Assembly: GCF_037042905.1 (NCBI RefSeq)
Contig: NC_087248.1
Span: 13,578,001-13,642,000 of the forward strand
Origin: Lytechinus pictus
Taxonomy: Eukaryota
DNA: 64,000 bases
Direction: 5' to 3'
Within the stretch, counting starts at the first letter, position 1. The number at the start of each line of letters is the position of its first letter. This document shows positions 12,111 through 25,521 of the stretch, piece after piece. Below the pieces are notes generated by a model. The model was not told the DNA's origin. It ran no database searches and worked only from the letters and a program-made list of their open reading frames with translations. The translations under genes were made by a program, and so were the position numbers.

Positions 12111-14987
12111 GTAAGCAACACACTTCTCAAATTTTCAGAGTTTGATTGTCGGTAGTCATGCATTTTATACATTTTCTAAGCAATGCTTCATTAAACACTT
12201 GTATGCTTAAATCATTCCAATTTGCATTGATTTACTATAATTAAATCATTAAGAAAATCATACTATTTATACTTTTCTAATATTAGTTTTGGTTGATTGG
12301 TTTTATAGTAAAATGAGACAAAATTCTATGTTTTCCATATTAAGTATATTTATGCTGATATTATACAGGGACAGTACCAGGGTATTTGATCAGTCCCACA
12401 TTAGGGATTTTAGCCAGTTTTATCTTGATTATTAAATCATGTGAAATATAATTTTCATAGATGCTCACTTCATCATCTGAAATATATTTCCATGAAGTCT
12501 TAATGTAAAATATATTTCTCCTAGTCATGTGGATCCAAGGAGGGGACGTAGTGGTAGAGACCCCCCCCCCCTCCTCTAATGGCAGTGAAAAAACAAAGGA
12601 AATTATGAAGGAAAGAGAAAAAATAGAAGAAAATAAGGGAGGGGAGAAGATGGAAAAATGAATGAAACAAGAAGAGTGGATAATTAGAAAAAAGAAAGAT
12701 TTCAGCTCATTATGAAGGAAAAAATTCGCCTGCACTCACATTGTATGATGCATGGATGGAAATCTGAGGGGGGGGGGGACGCGTTTCCCCACTCTTTGGA
12801 AAGGGGGGGGGGGAGACACAGTATCAAATTCCCCCCCCCCCCCACACACACACATTATTTGTGGAAGGAGCACAAACAAGAAAGAAATGGGGAAGAAAGA
12901 AACAAATGAAAAAGAAGGAAAAGAGAGGAGAAAAAAGAGGAAAATAAGATCAGGATGGCGAGTGAATAAAAATTAGGTGAGGGAAATACATCTTTCATGT
13001 CACTACAGGTGTATATGAAATTTTTGCACGCTTCATGCTCGCATTGCCTGTTCTTTAAGATACATATCTTGCTCAATAGGCTGATATGAAGCTTAAAAAT
13101 ATCAAGTTTTGAAGTCAATAGACAAAACCGTTTTCGGACATCGAACTTTCATTATTTTGTTTGATTTAGAAATTGATTCAAAGAAGTGTTCTGTAAAATG
13201 TCAGTTTTTTGGTCTGAATAATTATCAGCATTTTCAGTGCGCGCTGCTCTAGCATTGTTTGATTTGTCAAGTACCTGTTTCCTTCGTAAGTTATCAACAT
13301 ATCTCTTTTTAGGTCTGATTGTGATGTATCAGCTAGTGCTGTGCGCTTGCATTTCAATTGGTGATTTATGTATACCTATAATTAGTAATTCTAACAAACT
13401 ACTTAAAAATCCCCCTTTCATGACAGTTTATAAAAAATGTCGGCTTGCGATTTGCGCGTGCATTATTTCAGTTAAAAATATATTAACCCATGTATGCTAT
13501 TCATAATTAAAAAAGTGCTTAAAACGTCCAGTTTTCTGGTCTTAATATCAACTTTTTTTCGCGCTCTCATTAGGCTTATTAGATTAATAAGTAAGATAGA
13601 ATAACATTTTCATGAATTCCTAATAATCAAATTGTGCCTTTTGTCAGAACGGAATATCGACAAGCTTCATCTCGCGCTTAGGAAGAGGAATAGAAAGATA
13701 TTTATAATTTTCATACGATGTGAATGTCCCATTCCTTGGTCAAAGTAATAATGAAAAAATACTAGCTCGCGCTTCGCGCTCGCATCATTTATTAATTGCG
13801 ATCCATATCCACTTCAGAATTTTCCTACTGAGTGCTGGAAATAGTGCTTAAATTCACCCTTTTTTGATAGGAATATCATTTTTTTGGGGGGGAGGGTGGG
13901 CTTAAAATGTCCAGGGGGGCTTAAAGGGGGCTTAAAATGTCCAGGTTTTAGGTCGGAATGTCTAAAATTTTCAGCTCGTGCTCCGCGTTCAGATTATTTA
14001 TTGAAATACATTATGTTGTATATTGGCCAATTTTTCAGCTCGGAATATAAACAATTTTCAGCTCGTGCTTTGCTTTTTTTGCGGCCGATTGCTTCTTGGG
14101 AAAAAGTGTTCCCGTCTTCATCAGTATTTTGAAGGACGTATAATGAAGGAGGATGATCATTGTGACCGCATTGTGTGAGATGAATGTATTTCACTGAATT
14201 CTTTCATATACAGTGTACTAGAAATTGATTGTGATGTTTGAAAAACCGCGGCAATGCAGTGATTATAAATTATTTTCCTTGTAAGCCCTTGTAAGTGTAA
14301 GGACAGAACGTTCTGAAAGGAAATATTAAATTCCATCAAAGGATAGCGGTTCAGGCAAATGGATCCAGGGCACATAAATCTGGTCTTTTTTTTAAAGATT
14401 TTTTTTTCTAAAAAAAAAGAAGATATTTTTCGTTAAAAAAGATGCCATTGTTACCAAAACAAAAATGTCAAGTGATAAATTAAAGAAATTTATTGATTGA
14501 AAAATTTTATCACACACACACATAAACATTACTACCAATTAAAATGACGTAATATGTTCTTTTCTTTTGGCAGATCACAGTTTGTCCAGCCCCCTTCCTT
14601 CCTGTTATAACTTATTATGGTTGTTAGTCCATAGTGTTGTCTGTGGTTTATTTTAGGGGTTTTTAATGTTTTGTTGTTGCTGTTTCATGAATCATGTAAA
14701 TTCATCCATAATCCCTTTTCATCAGGCAAACACAATGTTTATCAACTGCACGGTAGTCGATGATACCACAGTCCAATGCAATGGAACTGATTACCAGTTA
14801 CCCGAGGCGCCCATTGGACCTGATGAACCTCAGTTCTGGATCTACATAGGGGTCTACATCGCACTGATGCTCTTTGCCGGTGAGTGTCGGATGGGGTAGC
14901 CCGGGGGGGGGGGGGGCACGGAGGGGATGTGGTACCATGCAGCAGTATATTATCGGTCTACAGAGGTGGAGTGTATTCCCCCCCCCC

Positions 14988-15030
<43 letters not shown>

Positions 15031-18000
15031 ACTTTTATTTTCCGGCTAGGATTATCATTGCCTTGATTAATAATAATAATAACACCGTGCTCATATAGCG
15101 TGTATCACATTATGCCATAACGTCCCTATGCGCTTCCAAAGGACTTGGATATTATTACCCTGGCTGATTATTATTAGTTTTCGGGATTAGTATTAATCCT
15201 CCTGCTTCACTCTATCCGTTTTTATTCCAAGCTAATTAAAATATTGGCGATAAGCGAATATGCCTGTTTAATGACTGCTGTAATAACGTGATATATCCTC
15301 ATAGTATTTCTCTTGTTGATTAAGTATTGTACTTCCTTTTGCTGTGTTGATTATATTTGTGCGTTCTTTTATACAGCTACTTCCTTTTTTTATTCATGAA
15401 CTTTAGAAATAAGAATATAAATTTAATTTAGTTATTTGTTTATACCTATTTTGGCTTTATTAAAATTTTCAATATTTTTCAGCCTCTTTTTATCATCTCT
15501 ATTGATCAATATAAACAATAAAATACCGTATTGGATCATTCGAGTCAAAAAACTATTTACAAGATATTTGTGACTTGCTCTCAAATTCCTTTGATTATTA
15601 AAATTAGAATGGCATGATGTCGAATTTTCAAGGAACAGGTTTTTTTTTTCACTTGGATTCCCAAGCACGACAAAGACATGTATATGTTGAAGAACTATAC
15701 ATCCTTCCGGCTATGTTCAGGTAGTCTGCAGGCACAAACCCTGATTGAAACTTTGATCAACAAGTGTGTCTCCACCATGGGTGTCGATCACGGGGGGGGG
15801 GGGGGGGATGGCCTGTATTATCACCCCCCCATAATTTAGGGTATAAAATTTATAATAATGATAATGAAAAAATGAAAAGTTTGATCATGATGATTATAGT
15901 GATGATTATAGTATGCCATCAATCAGTTTGTTTCCCTCGCAATTTGTGTATGTTGTTATTAAATAAAAACATTCCTTTCCAGGACTTTTAAACAGATGGA
16001 TGGAGGTTCAAAATGAAGAAGAATGAAATGTTTATGTATATGATATTTTTTAACACATGACATAAAAGGACCCCGACGAAAAACAACTTTTGTTGATAGG
16101 GTGTTCCATCCCACCAGTGGTAATATGATCATATTTTTACAATTTTTTAATAAGTGAAATCAATTAATGGTTTCAGAAAGAATAATCATTCATTTCTCTC
16201 TAAAGCGTATCTTCGGATATGAACATCGGATTTTTTTTCCCATGTTATTCTTGTTATTGTTATGGACTTGAATAACTAAACTTGATTATTTTTTTCTTAT
16301 TTTGGCAAAAAGAAATCTCTTTTTTAAGTTTGGAAAGGGATGACAGTTTTGCATTCTATATGAGCACACTCATGCGGTACGTAAATTTCATTTTAACACA
16401 TATATTAGCTGATATTACACACTGATGGTTTAAGAAAATGTTGGAGAAATATCATAACAAGACAGTTGAGTTTTGATTGTTTTTATGTTTGTTTTTTGTT
16501 TCATGCACTTATAAAGCATTTAAAACATATTAAAATCCAGGGTTAAAATCGTCTAAGGAATGACGGTAAGCCCGATGGCGCGCGAGAAGCCACACAGTTT
16601 GTAATTTGTGCTAGTCTTAATTTGTCCGAATCTGCATTTTATCATCATGCATTTAGAAGAAAAAAGATATTGCGAGTCGGGTTAGATTTAAGAGAGAAGT
16701 TGTATACATCATGTTCAATAAACAGATCACTTTGTACATGGTCCAGACAATTTTTGTCATTTTTTCTTTCGTATGAGTTTAGAATAGGCTTTCTTGTAAC
16801 ACAAATTGAATTTTCAAAAAAATTATACAAGTACAGTACACTGCAACAATGAAAGAATTTCCAAGAACACAGTGGCGTAATTACGGGGGGGGGGGGGGGA
16901 GGGGGGCATGGGGGCACGTGCCCCCCAATCGGCTGGCCAAAGAAAAAACGGAGAATAGGAGAAAGGAAGAGAAACGTAGTGGGAATGGAGAAATTATTGT
17001 TCATTATAATGTTATATTATAATAATGTTATAATACATAAGAAACATTTTTCATAACTTTATTTTGCTCAGGCCTAGATGTCTTCATTATTCCCGGTACT
17101 CGCATTGTCTGTTTAACGTTTTTAAGTCAATATACACCAAATATATTTCATCGCACTTCGACTTATTATTGATTTATGTAGTGACATATGGTTCTTTTTC
17201 ATAACTACTTAAAGTGATTGCCCCATTTTAAGGTGTTAATATAAAACATTTCCTGTCCGTGCTTACCTTCGCACTAGTAGATTGGTGAGATATGTCTGCT
17301 CTTCATGAATTCCTAAAAATCAGTCCTTAAAATGTCCCTTTTTCTGATCTGAATATCAAAAATTTTCAGCTCGCGCTTCGCGCTCGCATCATTTGTTTAT
17401 TGAAATACGTATCGTATGGTCTTAGTGAATTCTTACAAACAGGCCTTAGAATGCCTCTCTTCAGGTCTGAATATCCTAAGTTTTCAGCTCGCGCTTCGCG
17501 CTCGCAATATTTGATGAGTGAGATGCGTATTATCATGATTACAATGACTACAAAAAGTGCTTCATGTGTTTAGATGTAGCAAAATCAGCAAGCGCTTTGC
17601 ACTCGCATTAGATGACTATGGTGAGATATGTATACTCTTTATGGATTTGTTTAGCTAGACAGGTATGTATCATGATTACAAAAATTTGCTTATAATGTCC
17701 TTTTTTGGTCTGCATATCAAAAATTTTCAGCTCGCGCTTTGCGCTCGCATTATTTGAGCAGTGAGATACATATCCGTTTAATGGCACTGTCCTTAAAATG
17801 TCCCTATTAGGTCAGTATACCTGGCAACTGTGCGCGCTTCGCGCGCTATACCGTATTTACACTTATACCGTGTTTACACTTAATCGGCATTTGGTTCTGA
17901 ACCAAATGCCGATGCAGAATCGGCATTTGGATTGCGTTTACACGTTGTTACAGCTCGCGGTTCAGAACCGCGAGCCGATGCAAAAACCTGAAATGATACG

Positions 18001-21000
18001 CATACCAACAATATACGTCATAATAAAGACAACGCTGGATCAGTGCGCTTACAGTAACGTCACAATGGTAAAGTAATTGAAATGCGCAAAATTGCCGATG
18101 CAGAATCGGCTTTCTGTTTACACGTAGTAAAAAAGCCGATTCTGCATCGGCTCGCGGTTCAGAACCTACTACTTTGGTGGTGCAAATTGCCGGTTCTGAA
18201 CCGCGAGCCGATTCAAGTTGCTCGCGTTTACACGCTATGAAAAAGCCGATTCAAATGCCGATTAAGTGTAAACACGGTATAAGTGACTCAAAATTTTTGC
18301 TGGTGCCCCCCTCCCCCCAATGCCGTGACTCACGGTACGCCACTGCAAGAACACCATGCATATCAACCACTCACAAATGTCCTAACTTGTTATTTTAGTG
18401 GGGGTAATGTTGAAAGATCCCATCCACAAGAACATTTGTGTCAATCATCCCCCCCAACCAAGAATACCGAACGACACCCATGGTCTCCACGCAAAGACAC
18501 ATACAAAACTTGCTGTTTTAAGAGGGCCTTCAGTACACAAGGCATGAGTAGGCTGCAATTCAGACCCTTTACTCGAGTGAAGGGTTTGCACAGCAGACTA
18601 ATGTTCAGGTGCCATTATCCCAGACGAAGCTTTCGGCGATTCCGGGCGGCGATTACTTCCTGGTTAGATTGTTTCATTGGGTCAGATGCATAGAAAGTAG
18701 CAATTGCTTTTGCTAGGCTTTTGCTTGATTCCGTATGTAAATCAAATGAGCGAGAAAATTAATGCTTTGCCAAAAAGCGTAAGCATAAAGTGAACATTTA
18801 GCATTTGCTTGTGTTTTTCAAGCTCCGTCAGAGCAGCTTGAGCGTTTGCTTGATCAGGGGATTCGCGTTTTATAATCATGTTAATGCACCTGAGGGAGAA
18901 CTCCAAGGTGTACAGTAGCCTACAATACATGAATATATGTTTTTTTTCCTAGTAAGTGCAAAACCAAATACAAACTATATGAATTTCATTTAGAAACAAG
19001 TTAAGGGAATAGTTTGACACCAAGTCTAAGGAAAAGATGTTACATGGGAGGTGTATTTTGCACTGCCACACCTCTAGTATTCGAGTCCAGCATTTGTGTC
19101 GTGTTCGCACCAGGTGACGTCACTTTTATTGTTAAAACCGCTAGCAATTTTGCTCTCTGAAGGCAAGAAAAGGGTTTAAGCACAAGTAAAGGATTAGGCC
19201 GATGCATACGAAATAAAGCAATTGCTAATTCATGATCTTTTGCTTGGCTAGCAATTCCTTTCCAGCAATTGCTACTTTTTATGCATATCTGACTCATTAT
19301 CATGATTGTGCCTCCGTTTCATGGAAGAAAATTGGAAGCGCATCACCGTCGTTGTGATCTCCTATTTCCCAAATCCCATTTGTTTAAATGCAACAATGCC
19401 AAAATACATCATTAGCGCGGCCGTCTTGGGTGGGGGTGTCCTCCTAGAATTTCGAATTGTTTATGGAAACCAGTAGGAAAGTGTCCTCACACCCCATCCT
19501 GCCTTGATTAAAAAAAAATCGCTGCTCATGAAAGAAAAGATGACAAAAGCCTGAAATTTTTACGATCTTCAATATATGCCTCTACGTTTTAGTGATGGCA
19601 GAAGTCCGAATTCGACCAGACAATTTCTTCCCAAATTGCTTTTAGGTTTGATGGCTGGGTTGACCCTTGGTCTTTTGTCTCTGGACATCACTACTTTACA
19701 AGTTCTCTCGACGGCCGGCACCCCGAGTGAGCAGGTCTATGCCACCCGTATCCTTCCACTGGTCAAGAACTCGCATCTCCTTCTCGTCACTCTCATTCTT
19801 GCCAACGCCGCGGCCGTTGAGTCTATGCCCATCTTTCTCGATCACCTCACCAACCCGATCATCGCCGTCGTCGTATCCGTAACGGCGGTTCTCATTTTCG
19901 GAGAGTAAGTTTGTTGGACCTTCCTTTCACAAAATGCAGGAGTATGAATAATAAAAAAGAAATAAATGACATAGAATTTGTATAGTGCACGTACCCTCCT
20001 TGTTCGGTGCTCAAGGCGCTCCTAGTCTATACCGATTCCGGTTCTCACAGCCTTTCTAGGAATTACTTGCTGTCGGTACCCATTTACCTCACCTGGGTCT
20101 AGTGCAGTCGAATGTGGGTAAATTTCATGCTGAAGGAAACACGCCATAAAAAAATATGCTGGCTTGGAATCGAACTCGCGTCCCCCAGATTGAAAGACGA
20201 GAGTCTTAACCACGAGACCAAGACCACGACGCCCCACATGTATAATCATGTTCGGTGCCCTTTTAAGGGATTCAAGTTGTATTATTCAAACTCATTTTGC
20301 CCCCGGGCCGTCGTTGCGAGTCAATTAATTATAGCAAGGTTCGTGATGAAAAGCCACTTCTGGGAAAAGTCACTTTTGGGGCTTTCGCGCTCTGTTAATT
20401 CATTGAGAACTTCTTGAACCCTGTGCACCAGTCTTTTTCCATCATCAATCATACCTTCTTCCCCTATATACCCCCGCAAAATACTGTCTGACAGTCCTCC
20501 TATTTTTTCCTGGATTGGCAAAAAGCACTAAAGAAAAGAAATCAACACTCTACTGCTTCTGAACTAATAAATCCCATCATAACCATAGTTGTTACACTTT
20601 GTTTTTCCCCCTTTTTTTCCAAAAAGCAATGTACTTTTGATCTTTATCGAAGAGTTCTTTGAATGTATAGAGATGACGACTTAATTTATTCATATATTTT
20701 ACGATATGCAAGGGACTACGCATCCCAATGAACTTCTGACTGACTGCAATATTAAGCACTCTTTCCCATTGATACCTGCATCTTATCATTTTCTTTAGAA
20801 TCATTATCTTCCATATCATTTTCTTTATAGTCCTTATCTTTCATATTGAATAACTTATAGTTATTATATTTCATACTGTTTTCCCTTATTATATTGTTGT
20901 TTATTATATTCCTGTACAGAGTACTGCCGCAGTCTATATGCTCAAAATACGGATTGGCTATTGGAGCAAATATGGCATGGTATGTTCTATATCTACAAGG

Positions 21001-24000
21001 ATATGATTCTGACCTAGCATCGCATCGTGTGATGTTGACTATTAATTCTGAATTATTTGAGTCTAGCCCTATGTAAGGCGGTATACGAGCTTTCAAGTGT
21101 GCGTGGCGCTTAACCGAAATGGGCACTATTGTAGTCTAATTGTTATTTTTTAATTCTTAATTCCCTATCAAATTGTCTTTTTTTTCTTCGGTCTTCTTTT
21201 CTTACTTTTAATCAGTTTGAAAACCAAAGGAGAGTAAGCGGAACAACGTCATCTTCATACAATTATACCTGACAAACAGAGAGTGTTATTTTGCTCTCGC
21301 CCATGTTTTATAGAACTGATAAGTCTTGCCAGATGGTCTGACATCAATGACTGTTAAAAGAATGACAGCATGCAAGCCTTTTAAGATGTTTAAATCTAAA
21401 CGACTTGAATGCGGGGGCCTCACAAAATCACCTGTAAATCTTTACTCATTCAAGATCTGCGACATTTTCTAAAAATCTTTAAAGTCAATGTAATCGATCA
21501 AAAAACATTTTAATATTGAGCCATTTGACCAGCATCACTATTTGTTCCGTTTCTCTGTAGGTTTGTGTATATCCTCATTGCCCTAACCTTTGTTATTTCG
21601 TGGCCAATCGCCAAATTGCTGACTCTACTTCTAGGAGAAGGAACGGGGACCTTCTACCGGAGATCAGGTCTGTAGTTGTGCCCGGTTTTCACTTTCGTTT
21701 TATCATAATATTATGAAACCAAGAACATGTTTTTACCCTTTTACGATGTTATTAAAACATTAACAAAAAATCATCCGGCGAGACACGCGCAACGAAACTC
21801 CCTGCACTTCAGATGGAATACGGCATTGAATTGAGATCTCGTACATTGAGATATGGCTTTGATTTTTTTTCATGTTTAGAATATTGGTATCAACCGTTGC
21901 AAAAAAAAAACCCATACAAAAATCGCGATAGATAACGAATTTGTAAGAATGTTATTTGGAGGTTTGAATTCAACGGGACATCAGGCTGTAGTCACTGAAG
22001 TGGAAGTGGGCCCAAGTCAGGCGATGAGCTCACCATTCTCGTTTTCCTTGTTCTTTAAAATGTTGCTTAACCTTCTGGAAACCTTTGTGCTTACCTTGAA
22101 TGTTCGTGATCACCTACTGTTAAATTCTTATCAGGTTAAAAATATGCCCTCTATCAATTTTCTAAACAGAATTAAAAGCACTAATTGATATCCAGGCTAC
22201 CTCCCCCGACGCTGCTGCAGAGGATAGCGCCCTGACACAGGACGAAGTGCTGATCATCAAGGGTGCTCTAGATGCCGAGGGCAAGGTTGCTAGGGATGCT
22301 ATGATACCTCTTGATAAGACCTTCATGCTGGACCACTATGGTATACTTGATAGGAAGATCATGGAGCAGGTTGGGAATAAACGCATTTCACATTTATCGG
22401 GTTAAGAGGGTCTGTTTGGGGGTAAAGTTTGGTGGAATACCTAAGGTATTTACCTTTTGTGAAGGTGATGCGTCAAACTATCAATTCTAGTATAAATATG
22501 GATGTAGCTATCTTTCCGAAGAAAAATTGAGAAAAATAGCGTCATATCACGGATGAAGTAATGGTTCGTCTCATCCACTGAAACAAAACGGTGGTATTTG
22601 TTTTATATTCCACATCTGGTAATCCTTTAATAATTTAAAAGAAAGCAATGATGCCTACACTTAAATTGCAGGAGTGACGTATTTTTCTGAATTAAAATTT
22701 GAATTGTTAATGATTGACAATGCATGTATCTGCAGTTTATTTTGGAGAACTTAAATTATAAACGTTGCTTAATCTTCCAAATTGTGTTTAGCTCATGGCA
22801 AACGGATACTCGCACGTTCCCGTCTACAAAGACGACCGTAAGAACATCCTAGGGGAGTTTGTGGTCAAGAACCTTATCATCCTCGATCCAGATGATAACG
22901 AACCCATCGCGGCATCTCTCGAGAAATACGGTCGCCCCCTCCACTCCATAACGGCTACCAAGCCCCTGTATAACATTCTAGACGAGATGATGGATGGGAA
23001 ATATCGCATGGCGGCGATCTACGACACTCCGGCCATCTTGCCGACCATAGACGAGGCTGACAGTAACGCTCCAAGTACACCAACACTACCAACTACAACG
23101 TCACAGCCTGGAATGGTAGGAGATGTGTTTGGATAATTCGGAGTTGTTTATATACACCCGTAACTTTACTGGCCTGGAGGAGATATTGGTTGGTTTTGAT
23201 AGTTATGATGGCGTGATCGTGGCGGTGGTGATGATGGTGGTGGTTATGAAGATGGTGATGATAATTGTAATGCTTATAGTTGTGAAAGCGGTGATGATCA
23301 TCAACATCGTCATGATCTTGATCATGGTGATCATGATGATCATGCTGCTGCTGATGACGATGATGATTAAGATAATGGTATAAAACCCTTGAAGTAATAA
23401 AAGTAACATCCCTTATTTCGGCCAAAGAATTATTAAAGACGTCTGTTAATGGCGTAATATTCTAAGGGTTACACTTTAGTATTCCACTTGCTCTCATAGC
23501 CATCGTATTTGATAAGTCTATCTTAATAAAAAAAAGTTTGCAAATATCAATTCCCTAGGAAGTTATCAGGCTAGGTTGTTAAAAGGTCTTATTGCTGAGG
23601 ATTTGATGTTTCTGATCACGAACTTTGCAACTTTTTTTTGTCTCGAAGTTTGACGATATTGTTTGCTAATCTTCCTTGCTGTCACCGGTCAGATTTACGA
23701 CCGGAGTTACCGGAATGGCCAGCAAAATTCGCAAAGTTCGTGCGAACCGGTAACTCTACAGTAATATCATCGAATTCAGCGACAAATTTTGTTATAATGA
23801 CGTCTATATGAGTATGATCGATGACGATGACTTCAACGATGAAGTCGTACCTATCCTACCTATGTGATAAATTCTAGCGTCGTAAGCCCGTTCCTTCAGG
23901 CACGGCCATTGCATCCAATGGTGATAATTGCTCTTAATAACTGTTTCATCAACAGGACATTATCGGCTTCATCACGCTGTGGAATGTCCTGGAGGTGGTT

Positions 24001-24692
24001 CTGGGTGAGCCAATCATATCATCCGATGACGTCTACGCCAGTGTACGCCAGAAGGTCCAGATGGGTAAGGTTAAACTGGTCCGGTCACACAGCATGATTC
24101 CGGCTATCACGGCAAGCAATACAGGCTCCATCAACTCATTTCCACCTCCACTAACGGTAAGTATGGCATGTATGGTGTGGCAAACACCCGAGAAGTCGTT
24201 GGTGATAGACGGGTTGCAATGGTTACTATGGTGTTGATTGTAGTTTGATGGACATGATGCATTGGAGGGATTGTAATTTGAAGATGAGATTCGAAAAGGG
24301 TCTATGATCCTTGTAGTTTATAGAGACGACACTCCGAGTTGAATCAACATAAAAATCTAGTGACTCATTATTATAACAGGGAGGAATGATGGTACAATGA
24401 GAGAATGAGTAATAATACTTAGAACAGAAAACCCTTGATTGGTTGATGACGATGTTGCAGCCAGTGGCGAATTTAGAAGCTGCAATTATTCGGAGCGGAC
24501 AATTATTTACCGGCAGCGATTGCATGTTGAACCATGATAGTCCCTTTCCTACCATCTGCGTCTTTGATACTCCTCCTCTCTCTACATCTAATCCACCTAC
24601 TAACATGTCTTTTTCTAATCGTTTTTTTTTTGTAGCCCGAGCCGAATAGTGCAGAAAACACACCACTTCTGTCTTCAGGAAACATGGTCTGA
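12108..24692 (+). CDS. CNNM/DUF21 transmembrane + CBS-pair metal (Mg2+) transporter family protein, copy A, 454 aa, compact Mam3/CBSDUF-like architecture
   Basis: Exons 12108-12110 (ATG|GTAAGC, less certain), 14726-14879, 19646-19904, 20920-20979, 21561-21667, 22170-22369, 22792-23115, 23956-24156, 24636-24692 (TGA). Phases all join (1365 nt). Motifs: AGLMAGLTLGLLSLD, HLLLVTLILANAAA, LIFGEVLPQSIC, WPIAKLL, ELKALI, DEVLIIKGALD, GYSHVPVY, IGFITL. Confidence 0.92.
12760..14100. mobile_element. Older, decayed relative of the 16870-18345 hAT-like family
   Basis: Poly-G/poly-C head, a purine-rich tract, and repeated degenerate units (TTAAAATGTCC..GAATATC..TTTTCAGCTCGCGCTTCGCGCTCGCA) matching 17330-17830. 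Ends are not sharp. Confidence 0.55.
16870..18345. mobile_element. Non-autonomous hAT-like DNA transposon with 8-bp TSD
   Basis: TIRs CAGTGGCGTA / TACGCCACTG flanked by direct repeats CAAGAACA (16862-16869, 18346-18353). Internal repeats read TTTTCAGCTCGCGCTTCGCGCTCGCA. Confidence 0.85.
17866..18279. mobile_element. Foldback MITE (PIF/Harbinger-like) nested in the hAT-like element
   Basis: 28-bp TIRs TACCGTGTTTACACTTAATCGGCATTTG / CAAATGCCGATTAAGTGTAAACACGGTA with internal palindromes. The left end is partially duplicated at about 17847-17865. Confidence 0.8.
19965..20236 (-). mobile_element. tRNA-derived SINE (related family) in a CNNM copy A intron
   Basis: Minus strand: GGGCGTCGTGGTC..GTGGTTAAGACTC..GAGTTCGATTCC head and GACCCAGGTGAGGTAAATGGGTACC core. 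A degenerate plus-strand copy lies at about 33112-33290 and a tail-only fragment at about 15067-15165. Confidence 0.75.
23203..23378. repeat. Degenerate (GAT)n microsatellite
   Basis: Direct reading; explains the spurious His/Met-rich ORFs here. Confidence 0.85.
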
Positions 24693-25127
24693 TACGGCAG
24701 ACCGATCACCTCTCAATAATGGACTACCAGTACTAATCATGTCGAACATAGTAGAATGACAGTACTCCGGCCCTCATGGCTAGACCCATTTCTAAACGTT
24801 ACAACTAGTGATAAGCCGGGGCTATATAGGTTGCTCGATATGATTGATATCATAGGGGCATTACGTTTTTTGGACGGGTACATTCCCGAGAACGCTGAAT
24901 ACTGCTAGTATCAATAGGAACAGAACTGATCAACAACGTGCAGGCAGATTTGCATGCACTTCATACATTACCTGTATGTGCATGCTGACTGAATTCTGAG
25001 TTAAGCATTTAGCGTTCTTGCCTTTGGAACGCTTCCGTCCTTTAGCGTATAACATCGTAGAGGAGATATAAAAGAGATTAGTGAACAGTGATATTTATGT
25101 ATCGAATGTAATTTTATACTATATTAA

Positions 25128-25521
25128 AGAGAAATTCCAGTATTTGCAGTAAACACTGATTTCATGAGAAAGTCTGTAAAACAAGGCTTAATTGTCAGTA
25201 TATCATCGAGGATCTAGATCTGGTACAGTTACATAAACTGAACTTTGTGAAATCTTGAAATCTACGCTGAAAAATGTTCACACTGAAGATCACCAACACA
25301 GATAGGCACACGTGGGACACTGTATTATTATTGCTAAAATAAAGACCCGACGGAAGTGACCGAATCCGCGCTTATTTTGCTTATTTCTCAGCAATTACAC
25401 AATTTCTTCCAGAATCCTTTGGCACATATTTTTTATTCATACAAACAGACACTTAGGTGGTCATTATATTAGATTCTGTAAAAAGTCATTTTTAGATCGT
25501 TACCAAAACTGGAATTTATCT
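25128..25521. mobile_element. TTAA-target MITE (Kolobok-like) in the 3' region of CNNM copy A
   Basis: TIRs AGAGAAATTCCAGT / ACTGGAATTTATCT flanked by TTAA on both sides. Confidence 0.75.

Noticed and set aside
14990-15029. Poly-Lys ORFs / long A run
   Set aside because: Homopolymer tract in an intron, typical of the poly-G/C/A small repeats in this genome.
20321-20521. Minus-strand 66-aa ORF with protein-like composition inside a CNNM-A intron
   Set aside because: No identifiable family or flanking exons, so a nested gene cannot be supported.
23093-23425. His-rich / Met-Ile-rich ORFs on both strands
   Set aside because: Translation of an intronic (GAT)n microsatellite. The same applies to the ORFs at 61953-62575.
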